Shown: piece by piece, positions 24,398-38,645 of the stretch
Numbering within the stretch: the first letter of the stretch is position 1
Layout: each line of letters opens with the position of its first letter
DNA from: Ostrea edulis
Taxonomy: Eukaryota
Length of the DNA: 64,000 nucleotides
Assembly: GCF_947568905.1 (NCBI RefSeq)
Contig: NC_079166.1
Coordinates: 18,104,001 to 18,168,000 of the forward strand
Direction of reading: 5' to 3'
Notes under the pieces: model-generated
The model's database searches: none
What the model saw: the letters and a program-made list of their open reading frames with translations, nothing else
Told to the model about the DNA's origin: nothing
Made by a program: the position numbers and the translations under genes

Positions 24398-26432
24398 AAC
24401 TTTAATATACTAGCTTCATGACTATGTAGTATGTGAATTTTGCTTAAAATTGCTTCATAAAGTGTCTGATATTTTAAAGAAATATTTTGACTAGTACTGT
24501 GAATTCTGAATCACCGATCCACAAATCGAGTAAGAGATCGGCTGAAACCCCGAAACCCCACCTTCGCAGTTAAAGCGAAACACTGTTTTAAACCAATTAA
24601 TTTCTTCTGTGGAAAAGCTGAGCGTACACAAGAGACAGTCAGTATCGGAAAAGTTGGAAAGGTACAGTAGTTTGCCTAGTTCCGGATCAAATTGTCATTA
24701 ACAATTGCTATCGGTACCATTCACGAAGATAATGTAGTTTTTAATCGTTTTGTGAGATCAGAAGTTACTAAAATGAAAAATAACAAGAATTATTTGAAAA
24801 TCGTTATATATATCACTGGCCTTTGTATTTTCCATAACCGTGTTCATGAGTCAGTTACGAATCACACTGCCAGTTCCGAATCACGGGAATGTTTGAAACA
24901 ACTGCAGGCCAATTCGAACTTTTACTGACCCATTTCCGACTTTCAACCGGTCCGAAACTTTAAATCAGTACGTGTGTATGTTTATTTCGCTTAATATATA
25001 CCTAGTTTTTGTAGAAATAAAAATCAAATCAAACACTACTTTAAATTAATCTTTACATTATTGACGTTATATATATTAAACACTATTCAAAGCTTCATAT
25101 TTAGGCATTAACATAACCAAAGCTGAGGTATTCAAAATTCTCTTAATTATTATTTTTAAATAATTATTTTTCTCTGGGTGTGGTTATGATCTAACGTTAG
25201 ATTTACCCGGGATAACAATCCTTCGGCATTTTCTTGTGGAGTTGGCGGAGTTGGAAAGAAAAAAAAGTCATACATGTATATTGATATGCTTAAAAATTAA
25301 ATTGACTACAGTAGGCTTATAGTTTTTAAATATCAATTTCAAGATGTAAATCTAGATGCAATACATAGTATATTTACTGTTCCGATATTCTCATTTTAAA
25401 ATGCACTTACGGGGGAAGGGAGGTATCCATTTTGGTAATCAGAAAAAAATAGTTTACTGTGTTTATGAAAAAAAATGTGTGCGTATTATATCTGACACTA
25501 CTTCTATAAATCGAACAGTGTAATTAATGTAAACTGAGATATTGCTCAAAGTTTAAAACTAAGTTCAACAAGTCGCGTATGACAGCAGTTGACACGACTG
25601 ATCCGGAATATGGACAAACAGATGCTGTCTCTTTGGTAAGGCATCTCAACCACAATAATGCATTCACTGAAGGAATATGTATTGACGCATTTGCTGAAAG
25701 ATATATTAAATGCATTTATTTTTTTTATGCAGAACACTTGGTTATTTTTTAGCTACAGACACCCCCCCCCCTTGCCCCGATTTTTTCCCTAAGCGTGTAA
25801 GTGACCAAGATGTCGAAATCCTAACGTATCAAAGAAGAATAACAAGTAATAAACCTGGGTTGGATAAAAATTACAATAGTTTTGTATACTTCAGTAATCA
25901 TTTTTAACGTGATTTACCTTTCTAAGTAAAAGTCATTTCATTAATTATATATTTTTAATGATAATTACAAAGTGATTCGGAACTGGCAATAATCCAGAAC
26001 TGGGCAAACGAATGTACATGTAAAGAACAGTTACAAACAGTTTTAAAAAAGCCTTAAATAAATATACTTAATTTTTGCATAGCAAATTCTAGCTGGCCCT
26101 CCATATTCCTGTGCACCATATGCGCCGTAACTTCTGGCGAACAATTTAAGAAGGATTCTTTCTATCTGTTTACGAGGTTAGTTTTCGTTCGCGGAAATGG
26201 CCGAGTAGCTACGATTGCTATTTTTCTCTTAGAGCTACATAAGTGTGTATATACATATATATTTGTGTAATGTTGTAATATTGATATATCATTATCAATG
26301 AGCGAACAATTATTTAAGCACACTTAACTTTTATAATTGATGTAAAATAAGTTTTCGGTTCCTTGCATTGGATATGTGAGAAGGAGTTTGATTATAGCAT
26401 TAACGTTGGTCATCAGAAATTGATAGCCGAAG

Positions 26433-27899
26433 ATGGTGATGATTTGGATAAGAGGGAGACTGTTGGTGTCAGAGTTCATCACGCTTTCCCTGCAGCTGGT
26501 CGGTGGGAATGATTTTCCTTGTGGTAGGTAGGAAATGAAGTTTGTATAATGGTCTTGGCTAATCATTTATATTATGTAATATTAAATTATATATGAGTAA
26601 AGGGTTGTATATACGGATGGATACTATATTTAATGATATTTAGCAATATATGTAATTAAATGTTCTATTACTAAGACATTCTTGACTGTCAATAGGACTC
26701 TATGACTATATATCATAGTATCACGTCCATTTTATCTACGTTTGCAGATCTTTCAAATGTTGCACTGGTAGTGGTTACAAATGGGATAGCAATATTTAAT
26801 ACGTATGTATGTTGATATTAAAACTACATTATCAGTCTATGCACGATGATATTGTGAATTTGATATGATACATAAAAAGTATGATAGTTCAAACCCAAAA
26901 ACCTGTCAATACATGCTACAATTTTATCGGAATTGTTTGAGGTAAAAAGTAAAATCTCTTTTTTTCCTTAAAATGTAGTCTGTGATATTGCATGTTTTGG
27001 GTTACAGTGTACACAGCAATGTCCTTTCCCCTCCTATGGGAAGGGATGCAAGTTATCCTGCAACTGTTCTAACGATTAGGGTAAACATGGAAAGGGATGA
27101 CCCAAAAGTTGTAAGAAAGTGTAATCATATCAATATATCGAATTTAGAGACAACCTGCAATGATGCTCACTGATTATCTCGAAAACAGTTACTTATTTAC
27201 GTTTTAGATTGTAAGCCAGGTTATGTATTTGACTAGTGAAGTTAATACAAATTTTTCTCTATCATACATGAACTAATTTGAACCTACGTATTGTATGAAC
27301 AGTCTCCTTTAAAGTCAGCATTTCGCAAATTCTATGGTCATTATAACGATGTAATCTGCCAATATAACATATCATGGGGTAAAATGATATCTGACGTGTT
27401 TCATACCGATTGTTAGGCGGTTCTTGGTACACTAATTTTGACTACGGGTAGCTCCGTTTACCTAATCAAGATATGGGGCTCAATGTGGGTGTTACTGGTC
27501 AACAGGGGATGCTTATTGCCCCGAGGCACCTGGTTCCACTTCTGGTATATTCATGGGTCCGTGTTTGTCCAACTCTCTATTTGGTATTGCTTATAGGAGT
27601 TATGAGATTGAGTTTGCTATCTTCACCTTTTATATATGTAACAAGCTAATGGATATGACTTCCAACTTGCGAAATAAAACAAACCCATTCATTTACAAGT
27701 AAATAGAGATAAAGTATACAATGCTGTGTTAAGACATTTCTGGAAGATACTGTCATGGAAGGGGTAACAAAACCTGCTCCACAATCCAGAGTGGTCCATA
27801 ACGGTTCCGTATCCATGCGACATGATGCAGATGTCAACGGAAGATTTCCTTCAAAAGACACTTGACCTGTTTTATCTATGAATCCAGATATGCAGAGAG
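26433..27899 (+). pseudogene. Copy F (TM-less type)
   Basis: Exon 1 26433-26527 is open, exon 2 has TAA, exon 3 has TAG, exon 4 is a remnant, stalk exon ends at 27899. Confidence 0.8.
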
Positions 27900-28978
27900 G
27901 TAAAACAAACAAAAATACAATACGTCGTACATTAACACTGCGCAAGGGTAATACCGTCTACGATGACGCGGATTAAGTTAATCTGCCTTGTTTTATATAA
28001 AAACATTATGTTGCTCGAGAAAAGACAGTCCGTCGCAAATATTTCTTCTATTTACATGTTATAAACAATCTTGTTTAAATTTAATGCTGTAAAATAAAGA
28101 ACCAAACTGAAGATTAATTGGTGCAACGTTTTTTAATATTTAGAAGACATTGGGTACGTTATTGGTTGGTTTATGGTATATTCACCTCACATTAATGATC
28201 AGGTGAAAGTAAGGAAGGAACATAACATTGATGACATACTGACTCATAGTCGTTGTTAAGAATAATCCGATGATGCTTACTACTCCTCAGAGGCACATGA
28301 TTCTACCTCTGGTGTTTCCGAGGAACCGTTCTTATCGAGCACTAAATTTATATTGGTTTATAAGATTAAGAAGTAATTGTTGTCCTCATCTTTGCATACG
28401 ATCGGAAAGATCAAAATTTATAATTATCTTATCTTATATGATATTTTGGTACCATGGAAATCCTTATAGAACTACCAAGTATTTCTAACACAGAAAATGT
28501 ATCTACATTTGTGACGCACACTGTGTTTTATTGTGAAATACATTTATCTTCCCTTTATGTTATAACAGTATGTATGTGTTGATATGTTGTATATGATAGA
28601 TGTAAATATGTAAATATACTGGTATACGTACTGGCCTTTTCATTTATAAATTTGAATTGGGGATGATTATAGAATAATTCTGATTCACTGATTATACAAA
28701 TTATCCAATATATATACTCTCACAATAGAAAAATTGAATTGTTCTGTTTATTCATTTCAGTTATATAAAATTATATTTCATATTTAGATTTTTTTCATTA
28801 AACGTTTAGAGAAAGAAGTGGGCTATCTCATCTGTACCCTTAACACTTGATGATTTATCCGTAAACTAGCTATTGTCCTCTTAAAACTGAACAGGCATTT
28901 AAATAGATATTTTTAATTTTGTATTGAAAATATGTGCCACGGAAGGAACAACCAACATTTAAATGTTATGCAAAATAG

Positions 28979-29001
28979 TTTCTGTTTCCTTGTGTCGCAA
29001 A
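28979..29001. promoter_or_regulatory. ISRE-like (TTTCTGTTTC) plus C/EBP-like motif upstream of gene G
   Basis: tttctgtttccttgtgtcgcaaa, 47 bp from the end of the ISRE-like core to ATG 29036. Confidence 0.45.
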
Positions 29002-29035
29002 TGTGAGAAAGAAATCACAGCTTTAATAGCTGAAA

Positions 29036-29280
29036 ATGGTGATGGTTTGCATCGCGGGGAGATTGTTGGTGTCAGTGTTCATTACATATTCCCCGGAACT
29101 GGTCGGTGGGAATGGTTCGCTGTGTGATGGGTAAGAAATGAGGTTTGCATAATAGTCGTCAATAACAATTATATTATACAACATTAAATAATATGCGAAT
29201 AAAGTAAAGTTGTGCATATGATGATGGAGACTTTTTACACTATTAAACATATGTAAATGTTATATTGCTAAGGACTCTAC

Positions 29281-29332
<52 letters not shown>

Positions 29333-32300
29333 TATCATCACATCTATTTTATCTATGTTTGTAGACGTTTCAATTGTTGCAGTGGTTACAAATGGAATAG
29401 AAATACTGAAAAATGTATCCGTATGTACATGAATTTGTAAATGAAAATATCAGCATCTATACTATCTAAAAGAAATTATCAATACTTATATGTTGGTATT
29501 TTTAATTTTTAAGATAAACAAATAATATGAAAACCCAAACATATAAATAGAAACAACGTGTTTTTTTTTGTTGGAATTGTTTCATTTCTTTCCCTCTTAA
29601 ATTGTAGCTTGTGAGATAGGTTTTTTTGGGGTAGATTGTGCACGGCAATGCGTCTTTCCCTCCTTTGGGAAGGAATGTCAGCTATCCTGCAACTGCCCTG
29701 AAGATCAATGTAATTATGAAAAAGGATGTCCAAAAGGTGGTAAGGAAGTTTAATTATAGCATATTATAGTATTTGATAGATTATAGTATATGATTAAGAA
29801 TTGAACTTGGGGACATCTAGAAATCTTGCAAAATGATTATGTTGAAAAATGTTGATTGTTTACATTTCAGATTGTGGACCAGGCTATCTTGGTGACTTTT
29901 GTGACGTGAAATGCCCATATCCAGGTTTTGGTACGGAATGTCAGGATGAATGTTTGTGTGAGCAGGAGAAGTGTGATCCTGTAAGTGGATGCCAAGGTGG
30001 GAAGTTTTATGAAAACAATTTTTCTCTCTATGATACATAAACTTAACAAGGAAATAGATGTACTTTACAAGTTACAGAATATATACAAATATTGATTCGG
30101 AAGTAAATAAGAACAAAGTGTATGAAATGATGTGCTACAGGAAGGTCAGAAGGTAATTTCATGGAAGTGGTAACAACACCTGTTCCAAAGTCCAGGATGA
30201 CCCATAACATCACCGTATCACTACGGCATGATGCTGATGTTAGCAGAGGTTTTTCTTCACGAGACACTTCATCCGTTCTATCTACCACTCCAGACATGCC
30301 TAAAGGTAAAGAAAACAAAAACGCAATGCCTACTTCACACAAATAGATATACAACATACTTTGCATCAGCTTAATATTCAAAACGAATTAAGGTAAAGAA
30401 ATTTTACACCATGCTGACAAGTACAATGCTGTCTGAGGTGTTTCATACCAATTGATGAGCGGTACTTTACACACTCATTTTGACTACGGATTACTATTTT
30501 ACCTGACCAAGATATAGGGGTCACGGCGGGTGTGACCGGTCGACAGGGGATGCTTACTCCTCCTAGGCACCTGATCCCACCTCTGGTATGTCTAGAGGAC
30601 CGTATTTTCCTTCTTTCAATTTTGTGTTCTTCATAAAAGTTTTGAGATTGATCAAAGTATTTTTACATCCCCACACTGAATGAAAAGAATATAACAAATC
30701 ATGATCAGTGTAATAAATCCCATAATGAATACGGAATTAAATGTAGAGCAAACACAAATCCCTGGACACACCAGAAATAGGGTCAGGTGCTTAGGAGGAG
30801 GCAGCCATCCCATGTGGAAAAAATGTTCACATGGATGCAAGGTCTATCGAATTAAAGTATGGATGAAATGAACCCTGTGAATAGAAGAATCGATGAGAAA
30901 TATATTTATATCCATACATTTTGCTAAGTGCAACTCATGTCAAAACAGGCAATTCGCAAGTAGTTTTTTGCTGGATCTCATATATCATAAAATAAGAGGA
31001 ACAACGTTATATAAGTGAAAATGTAATTCTATCAAATAAATAACGTAAAAAGACAACATGTAAAACAAATTCTAAAAATAATAAATGGCTGGGATATACA
31101 GGCATGCAAACAAGGGAAAATCTGACTAGATTGAATGAGAGACACAATGACTAGTCATACATAAGATATCCCAGACAATATAATTTCAAGAAAGCTAACT
31201 CCATTAACTAAAAATTAATCTTACCAATCATATTTATAAAGATTATAGCAAAACGGGTGGTGCACAAAAGAGCCACAAGCAAACATACGTGCTGATTAAA
31301 GTATGTGTGTTGCTGCGTCACCCAAAAATTGCCAGAAAAAAGAAAAATTCTACAGAGTAATTGAGACTCATTTTGCAATGTGACTCTATAAATCAGAGAT
31401 TAACAATGTGATTATTTTCTGATTAACGATGAAACATGTAGATACAGAAATGGTAAAACAAATGATATCATTTAAGTATTAGAAAACAGTATACTAATCA
31501 ATAACATTAAAACCTATGACTTTTCAACACTATACACGACCATTCCTCACGATAAATTAAAGACTAGCCTTTTTGACACCATAGACAGTTGTTTCTTCAA
31601 CAAAAACGGAAAACGGAAATATTCATATCTAGTGATCAATCATTCAAAAATTTACTTTGTTAAACACCACTCTGATTCCACGCACAAGTACTCTGAAGTT
31701 GAAATAAAAATTATGCTAGAGTTCCTCATTGATAATATATTCGTGGTCTTTGGTGATCAGGTCTTCCAACAGTCTGTTAGAATTTCCATGGACACGAATT
31801 GTGTTCCTTTGTTAGCTGACCTGTTTCTATATTCAAATGAAGCAGAATTTATTCAAAAACTTCTACACGAGAAGAAAAAATATCTCGCTGTGGCCTTCAA
31901 TTCGACATTTAGATATATCGATGACGTTTTGTCTATTAACAATAATAGTTTTCATTCACATGTCAATTTGATATATCCCTGTGAGCTCGAAATAAAGGAC
32001 ACCACAGAATCGTTCACTTCTGCTTCATACTTAGATATTTTATTGAACGTTGACATTAACGGCAAACTGACAACTCAACTGTATGACAAACGGGATGATT
32101 TCAGCTTCTCCATCGTCAACTTCCCATATTTATGTAGCAATATTCCATTATCACCTGCATATGGTGTTTATATATCTCAACTGATTCGATATGCAAGAGC
32201 TTGTTCTGCGTATAGTCAGTTTTTAAATCGAGGTAAGCTACTGACAAACAAGTTGATAATACAGGGGTTTCAACAGTCTCGATTGAAGTCAGTATTTCGC

Positions 32301-33037
32301 AAGTTCTATGGTCGTTATAACGATCTAGTTCGTCAGTACAACCTCACATTGGGTCAAATGCTGTCTGACGTGTTTCATACCGATTGTTAAGCCGTTCTTG
32401 GCACACTGATTTTGACTGCGGATAACTCCGTTTACCTGATCAGGATATAGTGCTCATGGCGGGTGTGACCGGTCAACAGGGGATGGTTACTCCTCCTAGG
32501 CACCTGATCCCACCTCTGGTGTGTCCAGGGGTCCGTGTTTGCCCAACTATCTATTTTGTATTGCTTATAGGAGTTATGAGATTGATCACTGTTCGCTATC
32601 TTCGCCTTGGATGATAAAGACAATTATGAATTTACGTAAAAGAATTTCAAGAGTTTTACATTCGCTTCAGTATTCTATAAATTCTCTGTTTTAATTCCCA
32701 GATTAAGTTAATATTTCGTTTTCTTATCTTCATTTTTAACTTCGCATGCAAAATTAAAACCAGTAGTGAAAATAAAACAATACACCGTGTATTTATAGGT
32801 TTGCATTTTAATCATGATTACATAAATGTTTTAGAGACATCAATTCAAGGTGACACTGCATCAATGTGGAAAACGTTGAACGGGAAAGAAAGAGGCATGG
32901 TTATCAGCATTACGACGCTAGGACTACTGTTTCTTATCTTAACAGCCTTGTACATCTGGGTATCTCATCGACTTCGTGTAGAAACAAATAATCGTAGGAA
33001 AACAACAGAAGATTTGGATGAGAACTCTGCAGTATAA
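29036..33037 (+). CDS. Gene G: intact 270-aa EGF-like type I membrane protein; exons 29036-29130, 29365-29420, 29608-29739, 29871-29996, 30141-30305, 32799-33037
   Basis: 813 nt open across GT..AG introns, with the same exon sizes as gene A except a 165-nt stalk. RFNCCSGYKWNRNTEKCI; CEIGFFGVDCARQCVFPSFGKECQLSCNCPEDQCNYEKGC; CGPGYLGDFCDVKCPYPGFGTECQDECLCEQEKCDPVSGC; tail DENSAV. Confidence 0.85.
31497..32610 (+). mobile_element. 5'-truncated Penelope-like retroelement (probably Naiad clade): open RT C-terminal half (31497-32390) plus 3' UTR
   Basis: TYDFSTLYTTIPH (motif A), degenerate QxxGIPMG motif B, FRYIDD (motif C), DKRDDFSFSIVNFP, GVYISQLIRY. The ORF stops after the thumb with no C-terminal GIY-YIG, as in N-terminal-EN PLEs. 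Confidence 0.75.
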
Positions 33038-35199
33038 AAAACCCGGGTAATGTGTTATAAAATGCACTGTATCAGGACATGGTGTGTAAAACCTGTATTC
33101 GTATTTACCTATGCTTCGTAATTGATATACTTTTCATACTTCATTATGTAGAATGTTATATGTAAACTGTGACTTGCTGGTTGTCTTTCAATTTGAAATA
33201 ATCAAACTACGGAATATATATTATATTTATAGGTAAGGGAAACCTATCTGATTTGTTTCATGGTAATGTAAAACAATGAACATATGGTGTTATCTGTTCA
33301 AGATCCACACCGCCGACAATGCAAATATGATGTTATATCTTTATTATAGCATTCTGAAGAAGACATCAATGTCCTATATAGTTGGTCGTGATCTAGTCAC
33401 ATCGTTCTACTGACCATTTTTGTAGAGTCAGGCCGTATTAGTCAGGAAATAAAGATGTATGTATATTTTGAAATTTCTTTTACCTTTCGTTATGTACAAT
33501 AGAACAAGATTTAGTTCAATGTCGAAAAAAATGGTTATAAAGCAGACGTGATTTTCTTTTTTAAAATGGAATTCCGCTTTGTGTTTCGTGTTCCGTTTTA
33601 ATATTTACCTTTACATATCGTAAAGAGTTTCTTTTCAGGTGAATGTATGTTAGATCCTATTCATACTAACTTTAATAGTTTTACGTAACACGTAATAGTA
33701 GTAGTTCTCGGAATCTAGTAGTGTTTGTTTAACCAATCGTTGGTAGTTAAACTAAATCAAAGTAAATTTGTAATGGATACCAAAATCCTAGAAAGTCAGT
33801 TGGAGAACAAAAGTGAATGATGAAGTAGAAGATAAAAGTGGTTTGAGAAAAATAATTAACAAGCCAGTATAGCTTTACATAAGGCTAGCGGGAAGATGTT
33901 TTACAAATTGTGCCACAAAATATTGATATTCGTCACATGGATGGTTGGTACCACAACAGTAAATCACCAAGAAATTGCATTATGAGAACAAGAAATCTAG
34001 GAGAACAAGTGAAAGCTTTTCTGGTAACTACATGTATCAATGACTATAGGTTCCATACGATGATAGTAAACAGGGATTGATCGGGTGTGACCGGTCGACA
34101 GGGGATGCTTACTCTTCCTAGGCGCCTGATCTCACATCTGGTATGTCCAGGGATCCGTGTTTACCCAACTATCTATTTTGTATTGCTTATAGGAATTATG
34201 AGTTTGATCACTGTTTGTTGCCTTTGCCTTTCATAAGTGCCTTCTCGGTGGCAGAAATTCGGGATATTATCCGTAATTCTAACTTTATAGAACTCCATGA
34301 TTGCTTTGTTTCTAAAAGCACTATGCAACATCACCTAATCCTATAACCCAAATTACGTTCATTTTCTCTATATGATAATTTATATGAAGATAGCTCGAGA
34401 AATTATTTTTACTTTCAGAGTTGACTTAAGACTTAAGACGTCATGGGTAATTTTAGATTAGTTTCATTTCATGGAAGAAATAAAACAATTTTAGCTAGAT
34501 AATGGTGGATCTTTTATGTAATCAACGTACTGATAGCACTGAAAGACGGTGGCGTGGGTTGCGAAAAGTGTAACGCGAGTGAACTTAAAAAAAGTACAGA
34601 GATAGTATTTGCCTGAATGAGGAATCATTAATGGTAATTTATTGAGTAGTAATAATTCAATATCGTAAAACAGGATGTAAGAGTGAATAGATAGATTATC
34701 AAATCCAAAAGAAGAAGCATGTACATGTAGTTTAAAAATGTAGTTTCTAAATGTTCATAAAATACATTTTCTTAAGCATAGTGTTCAAGTTCTCAAAATA
34801 TTTTGACCCAGTCAAAGCATACTGTATTTCAGAGGAGTGTATTCCTGATTTTCTGTAAATCGTTATTTTATTTTCTATCATATATAATATTACATTCTAA
34901 ATAATTAGTTATTCTTATATTTAAATATTTCGCAGCCATGTAATCTTAATATTAAATCATCAAGTTCTCAAACAATATTTGGAAATTGTTCATGTGTTTA
35001 AAGTATTTTCATATGACGCGTTATTCAATAATTGTCAGAAATCTTGGAATTTTCTATCACGAATTATCAACTAATAGAATGCTTGAGTTATCAAAAGGCT
35101 ATCTAAAGTAGACTCGATCAACGTATACTGTTCCGTGGAGAACCGTTTTAGAATATGTCCTCAGTACCCCTTGCTTGTTCTAAGAGGTTACTATGGCCG

Positions 35200-35350
35200 T
35201 CCTTCGGGTGAGACCGCAAAAACTCGAAGCCCCGTGTCACAGCAAGTGTTGGACGACAAAGATCCCTCCCTGCTCAAAGGATGTAAGCGGCGCAGCCCTT
35301 CACCGGCAATGGTGACATCTCCATATGAGTGAAACAATCTCGAGTAGGAC
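35200..35350 (+). mobile_element. SINE fragment (Meta/RUDI-like central domain and 3' part)
   Basis: gtgtcacagcaagtg...aaagatccctccctgctcaaagg...ggtgacatctccatatgagtgaaa; similar to 62610-62900. Confidence 0.6.
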
Positions 35351-35429
35351 ATTAAGGAGGTATGCTGCACCAGAGTTTGATATGGATGGAAAGTGGAGGA
35401 TATGTACAATATTTTGAAAGTAAAAACTT

Positions 35430-37000
35430 TCAAATTTACTTTATTAATCAAAAATACAGTATTAGTTGAAACAATTTTAAAACGCCTGCTGGATTCGAAC
35501 TCGCGTTACACAGTTCAGCAGTCGACATGCTAGCCTACTTGGCTGCTCGCCTAGTCCGTACATTTTGAAACAGATATACAAATATTGCTGATATCTATAT
35601 TTTCATTCATGTTTTAAAAGGAAGTCAGCCATTATGGCGATATAGAGTACCTCCTTAAACAATATTCAACCAACAGAGTATAGGGAGGATATAAAACTTA
35701 AAACGAATATGCAAAATTAACTAGAAGCATTTCAGCTTATTGCAGTATATTAGTTAAAGGATGAACTTCACAAGCATCGCAATAATGTCTTTATTTGGAG
35801 ACAGCTTCAAATTAAGCCAAAAAAACCCGGCATAAAACAATGTTTAAAGTTGACCAGATTTTAATCCAAACTATTTAACTCGTAGAGATAATTGTATGTT
35901 AAGATGTGATTCATTATTGACTTTATAGAAAAACAAACTGTCGGTAAACGATCGATATACGTTTCTCAAAAGCTTTTCCATACATGTATCATTTTTCTTG
36001 ATGAACAGAATATATTTTAGTTTTTTCAGAAATGTCCATCTGTATTCTTTTAATGAGCAATTTCAACTAAGATTTAAGGTGTTCGACTTTGTACACAAAT
36101 AATGCAGAAGATTAGTACTTATTGAAAATTAACGTGATTAATTCTACATAATGAGTGCTGTAAAATCTTATTTACATGTCTAATTGAATATCAATGAACT
36201 AAGTATTATGAAAAAGCATTTTACAGTTATAAATCGAGTTCCTTGATGAGACAGCAAAATTGTATAATCTATATATTCAGCAAAGGGCAATTGAAGTTTT
36301 CCCGATTGATTTTTTTTTACACAAGAGATCCACGTGCTCTATCTGACAATCACCTGATGCTTGCTGATTGAGAAATGTATCATGGCCTTATGAGGGACAA
36401 TGTTTAAAACAAACTGAAATTCTACAGCATGTGGTTAGATTTTTCGCTTGTTCATTACAAATTTTCTCCAAAACACACACACACACAGCATTATATATTG
36501 TAGTTATTTAATTCAATTTACAAGTGAAAGTTTGGGAAAGTTCTCAGTTGTTTCCACAGTGAAATAAGTTTAATGTACTGTCGAACTCACGAACAAAGTT
36601 CTTGCATTTATTACGTGGATCATGAGTGTGGTGATTGACGCTAATTTCAATTACTGCAATTTGATGCTTGCACAACGTAATTGTAACCGTTATGAACGTT
36701 GACCAATTTATTGTATTTTGATTTGAACTATGCACGCAACTTACATAGAATTATCAGAATAGTATGACTAGTGGTTCTTAATCTTTCGCTGGATGCACCT
36801 CGTCGCCTTGCGTAATGCGTACAATATCAAAGATATAGGGCTCACGGCGGGTGTGACCGTCGACAGGGGATACTTAATTCTCCTAGGCACCTGATCACAC
36901 CCCTGTTACACCCAGGGGTCCGTGTTTGCCCACCTCTCTGTTTTGCATTGCTTATAGGAATTATGAGATTGATCACTCTTCGTTATCTTCGCCTTCCATT
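35430..37000 (+). repeat. Segmental duplicate of ~60148-61960, including a tRNA-derived A/B-box remnant on the - strand (35490-35557; 60220-60290)
   Basis: Collinear similarity from tttcaaatttactttattaatc. Minus-strand GAGTTCGAATCC / GGGTTCGAATCT B boxes without a complete cloverleaf. Confidence 0.8.
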
Positions 37001-37434
37001 CATAAGATGGCACCTCAATACTTGGAAGAAGTGAGTATGATGTACTAACCCCAACGTTCCCTAAGATCAGAATATTCAATTAGACCAAGATGTTGGAACA
37101 TCCACATATGGGAACAGGTCTTTGTAATTTTAATTGTTTATCGGTATGGTGTGGACCTTTCCTAGAAGCATAGTCAGAATCAATTTTAATCATTTTAATT
37201 TAAATTAATTATTGGTGTTTTGATCATATAGTTTTAACACTTTTTGTCATATTGCCATCAACGTTTACTTTTATTACTATTATAACAGGGGGTGCTTACT
37301 CCTCCTAGGGACCTGATCCCACCCCTGGCGTGTCTAGGGATCCGTGTTTGCCCAACTATCTATTTTGTATTGCTAGCAGAAGTTATGAAATTGATCACTG
37401 TTCGTTATCTTCACCTTTTATTATAACATGACAT

Positions 37435-38072
37435 TATACATTTATTGTATGATAGTGAGGGAGATATGAAGATTTATTCACCCAAGAAAAATCATATTTC
37501 TCGAGGGCAACGCCCGAGGGGAGTATGAATTTTTGTTGGTGAATAAATCTTCATATCTCCCGAACATTCATGCAATGAATTGTTTATTATACCGAAACAA
37601 AGCAAGACCACAAAATTACATTTGAGATTGGAGTCAGCTCATCTATACATTGTACATGTATGTAGCTGAGATCATCCTAACAGTAACACCGCGCCGTGAA
37701 TGTATTAGAAGGTACAAACAGCGAAATACAGTGATATGTAACCAGTTTTTGTATTTCCATTCTCCTTGAATGCTGATTTACTTGCTTGTTTTGTACCAAC
37801 CCAAACCAGGCGATTTAACTGTGTATGAGAGACCCGCATATGTTGTGCCTTACGAGCTATGGAAGTAGAATGACTCGGACTTGTGACGTCACAATACATT
37901 TTGTCGTCTTTGACGTTGAATTTGTGGAAAATGTACGAGGCTGCCCAAGGGATGAAATATGATAGGGAGATATGATGTCTGAGAGGGAGATATGAAGTTT
38001 TGTCATCCCTGGCCGTGACTGTCTAGATCAATCAGATTACGCGTTGCACAGAATTCTCATACTGAGGTATAA
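37435..38072. mobile_element. Possible non-autonomous Crypton-like DNA element
   Basis: Short inverted ends ttatac/gtataa, repeated gagggagatatgaag near both ends, hairpin ctcgagggcaacgcccgagg. No ORF. Confidence 0.3.
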
Positions 38073-38568
38073 TAAATAACTTTATTGTGTAAAACGCAAT
38101 AGAGTGATTGTTCATAACCATATAAGGCGCAATATGAATAAATTTTGTTATTAAAATGTATATGTGAAAGTTGCGGAAAATTTTAAAATTTTCTACGCGC
38201 TAGCCTTTGCATTTATAATTTTGTATGTGGGATACTTTTAATATCATTCTGCTTAGTTGATTATGTAAATTATCCACCATAGACCCATGCAATAAAATTA
38301 CCTAGATGTTTGCAAGTATTTCGTTATTTATTCATTTCATTTGTATTAAAATATATTGGTCATGGAGAAGTTTGTCATTTCAATGTGCAGGAAGATAAGT
38401 GGTATATTTCATTTGGACACTTACATCGTGATGCTTTATCATTAACTAGCAATTACCATTTCAAAACTAAACAGGCATGTGTTAGATATGTTGAATGCTG
38501 TAATTATGATATGTATAATTGTGAATTATGGAAATATAAAGGTACAAGCAACATTGAGAATTTATGTA

Positions 38569-38591
38569 TTTCCGTTTCCTTGTGTCGCAAA
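38569..38591. promoter_or_regulatory. ISRE-like plus C/EBP-like motif upstream of gene H
   Basis: tttccgtttccttgtgtcgcaaa, 67 bp from the end of the ISRE-like core to ATG 38646. Confidence 0.45.
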
Positions 38592-38645
38592 CTCAAGGAG
38601 TTAAATTGCAACATCACCGTTAATCATCACATATGACAGCCGAAA

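Noticed and set aside
31497-32390. Bacterial retron, DGR or group II intron RT driving receptor diversification
   Set aside because: The motifs are Penelope-like (YIDD, DFSTLYT), there is no template/variable repeat pair, and receptor differences are not adenine-biased in any obvious way.
35490-35557. tRNA gene (also 59608-59675 and 60220-60290)
   Set aside because: A and B boxes are present, but the acceptor and anticodon stems do not pair; these are tRNA-derived repeats.
38310-38636. 108-aa Cys-rich ORF that looks like a signal peptide plus a PAN-like domain
   Set aside because: Starts at TTG, overlaps the promoter region of H, and the homologous regions upstream of C, G and J are full of indels and stops.
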